A stretch of 33,586 bases of DNA from Burkholderiales bacterium (GTDB taxonomy: Bacteria; Pseudomonadota; Gammaproteobacteria; Burkholderiales; SG8-39). The DNA lies in assembly GCA_035530495.1 (NCBI GenBank), contig DATKUQ010000258.1, positions 1 through 33,586 of the forward strand, in the 5' to 3' direction. Of this stretch, positions 8,492 to 16,048 are shown piece after piece (the first letter of the stretch is position 1; the number at the start of each line of letters is the position of its first letter). Below the pieces are notes generated by a model that was given only the letters and a program-made list of their open reading frames with translations, was not told the DNA's origin and did not search any database. Made by a program: the position numbers and the translations under genes.

Positions 8492-11353
8492 ATGCAGGTT
8501 GTCACCGATTCGGAAAAATCGCCATTCGTGGCCGGTGCCAATATTGCTGAAGCGTCCGCAGTGAGCGAGTCGTCTTATCCCGACTACCGCATCATTCGCC
8601 GCAATGGTGCAGTGGTTGGTTTCGACCCGAGCAAAATCTCGGTCGCGATGACCAAGGCGTTTCTGGCGATTGAAGGCGGTCAAGGTGCGGCTTCGGCGCG
8701 TATTCGCGAATTGGTTGCAGCGCTCACTGAAAGCGTGGTCGCCGCCCTCGCGCGGCGCCAGCCCGGAGGCGGTACTTTCCACATAGAAGATATTCAGGAC
8801 CAGGTCGAACTGGCGTTGATGCGCTCCGGCGAGCACGAAGTCGCCCGGGCATACGTGCTCTATCGCGAGCAGCGCACCAAGGCGCGCACGCAGGAGCAGG
8901 CCAAGCAAAAGGACAAGGCTGCCGTCCCCGAATTGAACGTGGTCGACAAGGGCGTGCGGCGGCCGATCGACCTGGCCGGGTTGAAAAATCTGCTCAAGGC
9001 CTGCTGCGAGGACCTGGGCGACGCGGTTGAACCGGGCATTATCTACAACGAGACGCTGAAAAACTTGTATGACGGTGTGCCGGTCGAGGAGATCCGAAAA
9101 TCGGCCATCCTGTCGGCGCGCGCGCTGATCGAAAAGGACCCGGCCTACAGTTTTGTCACCGCGCGGCTGCTGCTGAACACCATCCGCATCGAGATCCTGG
9201 GCGAGGAAGTGCCGCAGGCGCAAATGGCCACTCGCTACGCCGAGTATTTCCCGGAATTTATCAAGCGTGGCATCGCCGCCGAACTGCTGGACGAACGGCT
9301 GGCCAAATTCGACCTTGTGCGCCTGGGCAAGGCGCTGGACGCAGCGCGTGATTTGAAATTCGGCTATCTCGGTCTGCAGACCCTGTATGACCGCTACTTC
9401 CTGCACCGGGACGGGCAACGCATCGAACTGCCGCAGGCCTTCTTCATGCGCGTGGCCATGGGCCTGGCACTGAATGAGATCGACCGCGAGGCGCGCGCGA
9501 TCGAGTTTTACCAGGTGCTGTCATCCTTCGACTTCATGAGTTCGACGCCGACCCTGTTCAATTCGGGCACGCTGCGCTCGCAACTGTCGAGCTGCTATCT
9601 GACGACGGTCGCGGACGACCTTGACGGCATTTACGAATCGATCAAGGACAACGCGCTGCTCGCCAAGTACGCGGGCGGGCTGGGCAACGACTGGACCCCG
9701 GTGCGCGCCCTCGGTTCGCACATCAAGGGCACCAACGGCAAGTCGCAGGGCGTGGTTCCGTTCCTGAAGGTGGTGAACGACACCGCCGTAGCGGTCAACC
9801 AGGGCGGAAAACGCAAAGGTGCGGTGTGCGCCTACCTGGAAAGCTGGCACCTGGACATAGAGGAGTTCCTCGAACTGAGGAAGAACACGGGCGATGACCG
9901 CCGCCGCACCCACGACATGAACACGGCGAACTGGATTCCGGATCTGTTCATGAAGCGGGTGATGGAAAACGGCGAGTGGACGCTGTTCTCGCCCTCGGAC
10001 TGCCCCGACCTGCACGACAAGTTCGGCAAGGAATTCGAGAAGGCGTATATAGCCTACGAGGAAAAGGCCGCCAGGGGCGAGCACAAGCTGTTCAGAAAGA
10101 TCCCGGCGCTGCAGCTGTGGCGCAAGATGCTGTCGATGCTGTTCGAGACCGGGCATCCCTGGATAACGTTCAAGGATCCGTGCAATATCCGCTCGCCGCA
10201 ATCCCATGTCGGCGTCGTGCACAGTTCCAACCTGTGCACCGAGATCACGCTCAATACGAATGAGCACGAAATAGCCGTGTGCAACCTGGGTTCGGTCAAT
10301 CTGGTCGCACATCTGAAGGACGGCAAGCTCGATCAGGCCAAGTTGCAGCGCACCATCGCCACTGCGATGCGCATGCTCGATAACGTTATCGACATCAATT
10401 ACTACGCCGTGGGCAAGGCGCGCAATTCCAACCTGAAGCACCGCCCGGTGGGCATGGGCATCATGGGCTTCCAGGACTGCCTGCACGTGTTGCGTATCCC
10501 TTACGGCTCGAAGGACGCGGTGGAGTTTGCCGATCGCTCGATGGAGGCGGTCACCTATTACGGCTACCTGGCTTCGACCGAACTGGCCGAGGAGCGCGGC
10601 CGCTATTCGACCTACCGTGGATCGCTGTGGGATCGCGGCATTCTGCCGCAGGACACTCTGGCCCTGCTGCGCGAGGAGCGCGGTGGTCATGTGGAAATCG
10701 ACATGAGCGCCGGCATGGACTGGGATGGGCTGCGCGAGCGCATCAAACAGCACGGCATGCGCAACTCCAACTGCATTGCGATCGCCCCGACCGCCACCAT
10801 CGCCAATATCATCGGCGTGTCCGCTTCGATTGAACCCACTTACCAGAACCTGTATGTGAAATCGAATCTTTCGGGCGAATTCACCGTGGTCAACGAATAC
10901 CTGGTGGACGATCTGAAGCGCCTGGGCTTGTGGGACGAAGTCATGATCGCCGATGTGAAGTATTTTGACGGTAATCTGGCCAAGATCGACCGCGTTCCGG
11001 CGGAGCTGCGCAAGCTCTACGCCACCGCGTTCGAAATCGAGCCGCTATGGCTGGTCGAGGCTGCGGCGCGCCGGCAAAAATGGATCGATCAGTCGCAGTC
11101 ACTCAACATCTATATGTCGGGGGCCTCCGGCAAGCGCCTGGACGACACCTACAAGCTCGCCTGGAAGCGCGGCTTGAAGACCACTTATTACCTGCGTTCG
11201 ATGGGAGCCACCCACGCCGAGAAGTCGACAGTGAAGGCAGGGCAGTTGAACGCCGTCCCCGAGGGCGGGATACCCGCGGCGGCAAAGAGCGCGGAGCAGG
11301 TCGAACCCAAGTTTTGCGCGCTTGACGACCCGGAATGCGAGGCATGCCAGTAG
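8492..11353 (+). CDS. nrdA: Class Ia ribonucleoside-diphosphate reductase alpha subunit with an extended N-terminus (two ATP-cone-like modules), 953 aa
   Basis: An SD AAAGGGGGA lies upstream of the ATG. ATP-cone 1 begins YRIIRRNGAVVGFDPSKIS and runs to ARAYVLYREQR. A second, degenerate cone starts at LNVVDKGVRRPIDL. The catalytic-site motif SSNLCTEI is present, and the C-terminus has the CEAC redox-shuttle pair. Confidence 0.95.
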   Translation: MQVVTDSEKSPFVAGANIAEASAVSESSYPDYRIIRRNGAVVGFDPSKISVAMTKAFLAIEGGQGAASARIRELVAALTESVVAALARRQPGGGTFHIEDIQDQVELALMRSGEHEVARAYVLYREQRTKARTQEQAKQKDKAAVPELNVVDKGVRRPIDLAGLKNLLKACCEDLGDAVEPGIIYNETLKNLYDGVPVEEIRKSAILSARALIEKDPAYSFVTARLLLNTIRIEILGEEVPQAQMATRYAEYFPEFIKRGIAAELLDERLAKFDLVRLGKALDAARDLKFGYLGLQTLYDRYFLHRDGQRIELPQAFFMRVAMGLALNEIDREARAIEFYQVLSSFDFMSSTPTLFNSGTLRSQLSSCYLTTVADDLDGIYESIKDNALLAKYAGGLGNDWTPVRALGSHIKGTNGKSQGVVPFLKVVNDTAVAVNQGGKRKGAVCAYLESWHLDIEEFLELRKNTGDDRRRTHDMNTANWIPDLFMKRVMENGEWTLFSPSDCPDLHDKFGKEFEKAYIAYEEKAARGEHKLFRKIPALQLWRKMLSMLFETGHPWITFKDPCNIRSPQSHVGVVHSSNLCTEITLNTNEHEIAVCNLGSVNLVAHLKDGKLDQAKLQRTIATAMRMLDNVIDINYYAVGKARNSNLKHRPVGMGIMGFQDCLHVLRIPYGSKDAVEFADRSMEAVTYYGYLASTELAEERGRYSTYRGSLWDRGILPQDTLALLREERGGHVEIDMSAGMDWDGLRERIKQHGMRNSNCIAIAPTATIANIIGVSASIEPTYQNLYVKSNLSGEFTVVNEYLVDDLKRLGLWDEVMIADVKYFDGNLAKIDRVPAELRKLYATAFEIEPLWLVEAAARRQKWIDQSQSLNIYMSGASGKRLDDTYKLAWKRGLKTTYYLRSMGATHAEKSTVKAGQLNAVPEGGIPAAAKSAEQVEPKFCALDDPECEACQ

Positions 11354-11376
11354 CTGGCGGCAGAACCTGTTAAGAG

Positions 11377-12537
11377 ATGAGTATGCTCAATTTTGACGAC
11401 GAAACGGCAGTTTCCCCCGGACTGGGCCTGCAGCCGCGGCAGGGTTTCATGCCTGCGTCGCGGGCGGGGGCGGGCCCGCGGCAGGAAAGTGCGGCGCAGG
11501 AGGTGCGCGCCGAGGAACTGCGCCGCATCCGCGTGGAAGACAAGCGCATCATCAACGGCGGCACCGATGTCAACCAGCTGGTGCCGTTCAAGTACAAATG
11601 GGCTTGGGAGAAATATCTCGCCGCCTGCGCCAACCACTGGATGCCGCAGGAAATCAACATGAGCCGCGACATCGCCACTTGGAAGGATCCGCACGGACTG
11701 AGCGAGGACGAGCGCCGCATCATCACGCGTAACCTCGGCTTTTTCGTCACCGCCGATTCGCTTGCCGCGAACAACATCGTGCTCGGCACCTACCGCCATA
11801 TCAGCGCGCCGGAATGCCGTCAGTATCTGCTGCGCCAGGCTTTCGAGGAGGCGATCCACACCCACGCGTACCAGTACATCGTGGAGAGCCTGGGCTTGGA
11901 TGAAGGCGAGGTCTTCAACGCCTATCATGAGATTGGCAGCATCCGCAACAAGGATGAGTTCCTGATTCCTTTCATCGACACGCTTACCAATCCGGCGTTC
12001 AGAACCGGCACGCCCGAGGCCGATCAGCAATTGCTCAAGAGCCTTATCGTGTTTGCCTGCATCATGGAAGGGCTGTTCTTCTATGTCGGCTTCACCCAGA
12101 TACTTGCGATGGGGCGCCAGAACAAGATGACCGGCGCTGCCGAGCAGTACCAGTACATCCTGCGCGACGAGTCGATGCACTGTAATTTTGGCATAGACCT
12201 CATCAACCAGATCAAGATGGAAAATCCCCATCTCTGGACCTCGGCCTTCCGCGAAGAAATCCAGGGCTACATGAAAACGGCGGTCGAACTCGAGTACCGT
12301 TACGCGGAGGACACCATGCCGCGCGGCGTACTCGGCTTGAACGCGCCGATGTTCAAGGAATATCTGCGTTACATCGCCAATCGCCGCTGCCAGCAGATCG
12401 GCGTAGAGCAGCTCTATCCGGGCGCGAGCAATCCTTTTCCCTGGATGAGCGAAATGACCGATTTGAAGAAAGAGCGCAACTTCTTCGAGACCCGGGTGAT
12501 CGAGTACCAGACCGGAGGTGCGCTCAGTTGGGATTAG
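11377..12537 (+). CDS. nrdB: Class Ia ribonucleoside-diphosphate reductase beta subunit (386 aa)
   Basis: The di-iron/radical motifs [13 protein letters not shown] and [10 protein letters not shown] are present. The gene starts 23 nt downstream of nrdA. An alternative start is the ATG at 11383. Confidence 0.95.
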   Translation: MSMLNFDDETAVSPGLGLQPRQGFMPASRAGAGPRQESAAQEVRAEELRRIRVEDKRIINGGTDVNQLVPFKYKWAWEKYLAACANHWMPQEINMSRDIATWKDPHGLSEDERRIITRNLGFFVTADSLAANNIVLGTYRHISAPECRQYLLRQAFEEAIHTHAYQYIVESLGLDEGEVFNAYHEIGSIRNKDEFLIPFIDTLTNPAFRTGTPEADQQLLKSLIVFACIMEGLFFYVGFTQILAMGRQNKMTGAAEQYQYILRDESMHCNFGIDLINQIKMENPHLWTSAFREEIQGYMKTAVELEYRYAEDTMPRGVLGLNAPMFKEYLRYIANRRCQQIGVEQLYPGASNPFPWMSEMTDLKKERNFFETRVIEYQTGGALSWD

Positions 12538-12567
12538 CAAACTTCATGGCGTTGGGCGGAGGCAGGA

Positions 12568-12816
12568 ATGCATAAGTTGACTGAGGTTCGGGCAGATAAC
12601 GATTACAGCTTGTGGCTGCGTTTCGACGACGGGCTGGAAGGAAGCGTGTTCGTTGGCAATTTGCTCGAGATCGGCGCATTCAAGCTCTGGCGCGACCGGG
12701 AGCAGTTCCGCCGCGTGGCGATCGACCCGGCGGCAAAGACCCTGGTTTGGGATGGCGGAATTGAGCTTGATCCCGCTGTTTTGTATCGTGATCTGCTTGA
12801 GCGCAAGGCTGCATGA
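12568..12816 (+). CDS. DUF2442-family small protein (82 aa)
   Basis: The pattern VRADNDYSLWLRFDDGLEGSVFV...FRRVAIDPAAKTLVWDGGIELDPAVLY fits the DUF2442 (NE0471 N-terminal-like) pattern as I remember it. It looks less GC-rich than its neighbours by eye; this was not computed. Confidence 0.65.
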   Translation: MHKLTEVRADNDYSLWLRFDDGLEGSVFVGNLLEIGAFKLWRDREQFRRVAIDPAAKTLVWDGGIELDPAVLYRDLLERKAA

Positions 12817-12879
12817 GGTCGGCGCGCTTGCACGCAAGGGATTCGGCTGGCCGGGGTTTGCCCCGGTCGGGCGGATAAT

Positions 12880-12917
12880 CCGGGCTAGCATAGCCGGGTT
12901 TGTAGTAGTTGTTTTTC
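12880..12917 (+). terminator. Possible intrinsic terminator after the DUF2442 gene
   Basis: The imperfect stem CCGGGCTA-gca-TAGCCGGG (12880-12898, one internal mismatch) is followed by the T-rich tract TTTGTAGTAGTTGTTTTTC. A separate perfect hairpin CCGGGG-tttg-CCCCGG sits at 12851-12866 and has no T tract. Confidence 0.3.
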
Positions 12918-12942
12918 TTTAACCTGAAGAAGGAGCTTTACC

Positions 12943-13296
12943 ATGGCAACGAAGAAAAAAGCAAAGAAAGCAGCGAAAAAACCGGCTAAAAAAGCCAAGA
13001 AAAAGAGGGCAGTAGCTAAAAAGCCCGCAAAAAAGAAAGCGGCCAAGAAAAAGGCCGCCAAGAAAAAACCTGCGAAAAAAAAAGCGGCAAAAAAAAAGCC
13101 AGCTAAAAAGGCCAAAAAGCCCGCCGCCAAAAAGAAAGCGGCAAAAAAAAAGGCTAAACCTGCTGTGAAACCGGCGAAGCCGGCAGCACGTCCGATGGCG
13201 GCACGAGTAGCTCCATCGACTGCGGCGACGCCAGGGGCGAAAACCGCCCTGAATCCGGCAGCAGCTTGGCCTTTTCCGACAGGCTCAAGGCCTTAG
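12943..13296 (+). CDS. Lys/Ala/Pro-repeat histone H1-like (AlgP/PAKKA-type) basic protein (117 aa)
   Basis: An SD GAAGGAG lies upstream. Residues 4-79 are almost entirely K, A and P (AKKPAKK, KKKAAKKK units), followed by a non-repetitive tail ...NPAAAWPFPTGSRP. The antisense poly-Phe ORF (12885-13130) is the mirror image of this composition. Confidence 0.75.
   Translation: MATKKKAKKAAKKPAKKAKKKRAVAKKPAKKKAAKKKAAKKKPAKKKAAKKKPAKKAKKPAAKKKAAKKKAKPAVKPAKPAARPMAARVAPSTAATPGAKTALNPAAAWPFPTGSRP
12952..13179 (+). repeat. Degenerate short tandem coding repeats (AAG/AAA-GCN-CCN units) with three A9 homopolymer tracts
   Basis: A9 runs lie at 13075-13083, 13089-13097 and 13143-13151, counted by hand. 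The surrounding sequence is made of repeated AAAAAGCC and AAGAAAGCGGC units. Confidence 0.8.
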
Positions 13297-13307
13297 CGTA
13301 GGTAAGG

Positions 13308-13355
13308 ATGTCTCGCGGTCAGCCTTGGCGCAAGCGAAGGCTGTACCGCGGACAT
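13308..13355 (+). terminator. Long GC-rich stem-loop 12 nt after the H1-like gene stop; a possible U-tract-less terminator or RNA stabiliser
   Basis: ATGTC-t-CGCGGT-CAGCCTT, a 10-nt loop, then AAGGCTG-t-ACCGCG-GACAT. This gives 18 bp in three segments with two single-nt bulges. No T run follows. Confidence 0.35.
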
Positions 13356-13538
13356 TCGCCCTGAGCTGAATTGTCCCGGCTGCGCTACCCGCTTCTTTCA
13401 CGGGATCGCAGGTAATGCGGCTGGGATCGTTTCTTCGGCAGTCCTGACTTAGAGCCCAGATTGCCTGAAGTCCGGGGCAACGTCAATTTTGGCTTCGGAC
13501 AGTGTTTGCTGCGTCGCAGCATTCCATTCTCGCAGCGC

Positions 13539-13567
13539 TTGACATAACCTAGGTGTTTCAATAGAAT
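13539..13567 (+). promoter_or_regulatory. Near-consensus sigma70 promoter (TTGACA-N17-TAGAAT) inside the long non-coding region
   Basis: The -35 is TTGACA at 13539-13544, the spacer is exactly 17 nt, and the -10 is TAGAAT at 13562-13567. It points toward the transglycosylase gene, whose ATG lies about 315 nt downstream. Confidence 0.5.
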
Positions 13568-13886
13568 AGCGTCTGTTGCATCACGACAAGTCAGTAATCC
13601 GCCGCAAAACCAGCTGGCAGCTAGGCTGGGCTTTGGTCGCAGTTTCTTAAAGTTCGAACGGCATTTTGTTAGCCGTTTCAAGTAACTAGATTTTAGAAGC
13701 GTTTTCTTAGGAGGGGGTGTGCTAGTCGCAACTCGCTTGATTGCGAGCTGCTGAGCGCTAGCAGACTTTGGGCAGCATGGGTGCGCCTCGCAACTTATAA
13801 TGAAGGCAGGCGGCCCGAGGACTGTATCAGCAAGTAAGCTGATGCGCGTCTGGCTGGTAAGTTGTTTTTTTGCAAGGAGGTACCAC

Positions 13887-14567
13887 ATGGACAACCTGAA
13901 ACAGTTTGCCCTGCGAACCTGCACATTAAGTACCGTATTCCTGCGCAATGGCTTGACCGTGTTCGGGGCTGTCGCGGTTGTCGCGTTGCTTATGGGGGCT
14001 CGACCGGTCGTGGACCAGGGCGCCGAGCCCGCACCGGCATCCGCGGTATCCGGCACCATTCGCCATGAGGGTATTACGCTTCTGGTACCGACCGCCGATA
14101 GCGAAAGCCCGCAGTACCGCGCGCTCGCCGTGTATCTGTCGCACCGATATAGGGTGGCGCAGGACGCGACCGAACAGCTGGTCGAAGCAGCACATGAGGC
14201 TGGTCGCCGTACGGGCCTTGATCCCTTGCTGATTCTGGCGGTAATGGCGGTCGAATCGCGCTTCAACCCGATTGCGGAGAGCGTCGTGGGTGCGAAGGGC
14301 CTGATGCAGGTGATCCCCAAGTACCATCAGGACGCGCTAAATGCGCTCGGCGGCGAAGACGCGGTATTTGATCCCATGACCAACATTCTGGTTGGCGCAC
14401 GCATACTCAAGGATGCTGTGCGGCGCGGGGGCGGTCTGATGCCGGGGCTGCAGCTCTACAACGGTGCCTACGGGGACGACAGCCAGCAGTATGCGCAGAA
14501 AGTGATGGCTGAAAAGCAGCGTATGCAGCGGATGCTGAAGCGTTCCCGTCCGGCGACCGCTGCCTAG
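13887..14567 (+). CDS. Lytic transglycosylase (SLT domain) protein with an N-terminal signal/anchor (226 aa)
   Basis: The ATG at 13887 is preferred because a perfect SD AAGGAGG lies 6 nt upstream; the ORF itself is open from 13800. A hydrophobic segment reads LTVFGAVAVVALLMG. The SLT catalytic motif AVMAVESRFNPIAESVVGAKGLMQV is present, with ...YNGA further on. Confidence 0.85.
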   Translation: MDNLKQFALRTCTLSTVFLRNGLTVFGAVAVVALLMGARPVVDQGAEPAPASAVSGTIRHEGITLLVPTADSESPQYRALAVYLSHRYRVAQDATEQLVEAAHEAGRRTGLDPLLILAVMAVESRFNPIAESVVGAKGLMQVIPKYHQDALNALGGEDAVFDPMTNILVGARILKDAVRRGGGLMPGLQLYNGAYGDDSQQYAQKVMAEKQRMQRMLKRSRPATAA

Positions 14568-14715
14568 GCATGCCGGCGCGGCGCAGCGCCGCGCACGGTA
14601 CGGGCATCAAGGGCCTGCGCCGATCCCCTGCCGGCGTGCTTGGCCGCGCAGAAGGATGTCGCAAGGTGGCTCTCTTCCAGGATTTCGTCCTTAGCTCGCG
14701 CTCGCGAAACGTCCT

Positions 14716-15876
14716 TCAATAGTCCGCCAGAAACTTGCGCAAACGTTGAACACCCTCGCGCAAATCGCTCATTGAACGCGTATAGGCGAAGCGTACATAG
14801 CGCTCGGCCTGGTTCGAGCCGAAATCCTTGCCCGGAGTGATTGCGACTCCGGCTTGGTCCAATAGATCCAGAGCGAACTTTCCGCTGTCCGCAGCGAAGC
14901 GATCGATCCCGGCGTAGACGTAGAACGCCCCTTCCGGGGTCACCGGAATGGAGAATCCCAATTCGCGCAGCGCCGGTAGCAGATAGTCGCGCCGCCGCCT
15001 GAACTCGTCGCGGCGCTGCTCCAGAATGGCGGTGGTCTCCGGGGCAAAGGCCGCGATGCCGGCGTACTGGGCCGGAGCCGAGGGGCAGATAAAGGCGTTC
15101 TGGGCGAAGGTCTCGACTTCGCGCATACAGTCCTGCGGCGCCACCATCCAGCCCAGGCGCCAGCCTGTCATGCTGAAATACTTGGAAAAGCTGTTCACCA
15201 CGAATACGCGGTCCGAGTGCGCGAGCGCGCTCTCGAATCCGCTGGCATAGGTGAGCCCCTGGTAGATTTCGTCAATGATCGCCACTCCGCCACGCGCGTG
15301 CACCGCCTCGACGATCGCGCGCATCTCCGCCGGCGCAATCATGGTCCCGGTCGGGTTGGACGGGGAGGCAATGAGCACACCGCGTGTCTTTTCCGACCAG
15401 TTGGATTCGATCAACTCGCGCGTGAGCTGGTATTGCGTCTGCGGTCCGACCGGAATGCTCTTGACCCGCCCCTCGAAGAAACGCACCAGGTGGCGGTTGC
15501 AGGGATAGGCCGGGTCCGGCATCAGGATCTCGTCGCCGGGATTGACCAGTACGCCGGCGGCGATCAACAGCGCACCCGAGGCGCCTGCCGTGACCGCGAT
15601 GCGCGAAGCCGGCACCTCGAGGTGATAGCGCTCGCGGTAATGATCAGAAATCGTCTGGCGCAGCAGCGGCATGCCAACTGCCGAGGTGTAGTGGATGGGG
15701 TTCTGCTTCAATGCCTCGGTGCACGCGGCGATCACCGGATCGGGCGCGGTGAAATCGGGCTCGCCGATTTGCATCTGCACGACATGCTTGCCCTGCGCCT
15801 CCATCTCCTTTGCGCGATTCCATATTTCCATCACCTGGAAAGGCTGGATTTCGGTCATTCTGTGGGCGATTGGCAT
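14716..15876 (-). CDS. Class I/II PLP-dependent aminotransferase (aspartate/alanine family), 386 aa
   Basis: It has the PLP-lysine motif SFSKYFSMTGWRLGW, plus GEPDF, SPSNPTG and an N-terminal IQPFQVMEI. The start is uncertain: the ATG at 15876 is preferred, and an in-frame upstream ATG lies at 15933. Confidence 0.85.
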   Translation of the reverse strand: MPIAHRMTEIQPFQVMEIWNRAKEMEAQGKHVVQMQIGEPDFTAPDPVIAACTEALKQNPIHYTSAVGMPLLRQTISDHYRERYHLEVPASRIAVTAGASGALLIAAGVLVNPGDEILMPDPAYPCNRHLVRFFEGRVKSIPVGPQTQYQLTRELIESNWSEKTRGVLIASPSNPTGTMIAPAEMRAIVEAVHARGGVAIIDEIYQGLTYASGFESALAHSDRVFVVNSFSKYFSMTGWRLGWMVAPQDCMREVETFAQNAFICPSAPAQYAGIAAFAPETTAILEQRRDEFRRRRDYLLPALRELGFSIPVTPEGAFYVYAGIDRFAADSGKFALDLLDQAGVAITPGKDFGSNQAERYVRFAYTRSMSDLREGVQRLRKFLADY

Positions 15877-16048
15877 GGTTGTATTATGACACCGCTCGGG
15901 GCTGTGGCTCGAATGGTTTTCGAGCAAATTCATCCGATCACCGAATAGACGGCTTTCTGCGTCACGCCGTCCGCCGGCGTTAGCTTTGGGTCTGTCGCGG
16001 GACTATAATCTGCAGCTCCGACTGCAGTTTTCATCCCCAGGAAAAATC

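Noticed and set aside
8393-12540. Three long minus-strand ORFs (341, 410 and 450 aa) opposite nrdA and nrdB.
   Set aside because: They are antisense shadows of two unmistakable, highly conserved genes. They have no motifs, no SD sequences, and a biased Arg/Ala/Leu/His composition.
12885-13130. An 81-aa minus-strand ORF encoding poly-Phe/Ala/Gly/Leu (FFFAGFFLAAFF...).
   Set aside because: It is the mirror image of the Lys/Ala codon repeats (AAA/AAG read as TTT/CTT). The plus-strand gene has the SD and a sensible start.
13598-13640. CGCAAAACC...GGCAGC...GGGC strings that superficially recall c-di-GMP-I (GEMM-I) riboswitch conserved segments.
   Set aside because: I could not build the two-hairpin GEMM architecture or find the GGCAAACC and GGGACGCAAAGCC cores. 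The resemblance is too weak to claim.
13636-13650. A GTTCGAA string (AAGTTCGAACGG) reminiscent of a tRNA T-loop.
   Set aside because: No GG precedes it and no acceptor, D or anticodon arm complementarity surrounds it. It is not a tRNA.
13719-13754. An 11-codon GTG ORF behind the orphan SD AGGAGGGGG, considered as an annotated feature.
   Set aside because: It is too short and unsupported to annotate as a CDS. I kept it only as part of the non-coding-region finding.
13385-14320. A 311-aa minus-strand ORF spanning the non-coding region and the start of the transglycosylase gene.
   Set aside because: Its Ser/Thr/Arg/Cys-rich translation has no recognisable domain. It overlaps the well-supported SLT gene in antisense and runs through AT-rich DNA with promoter and hairpin features.
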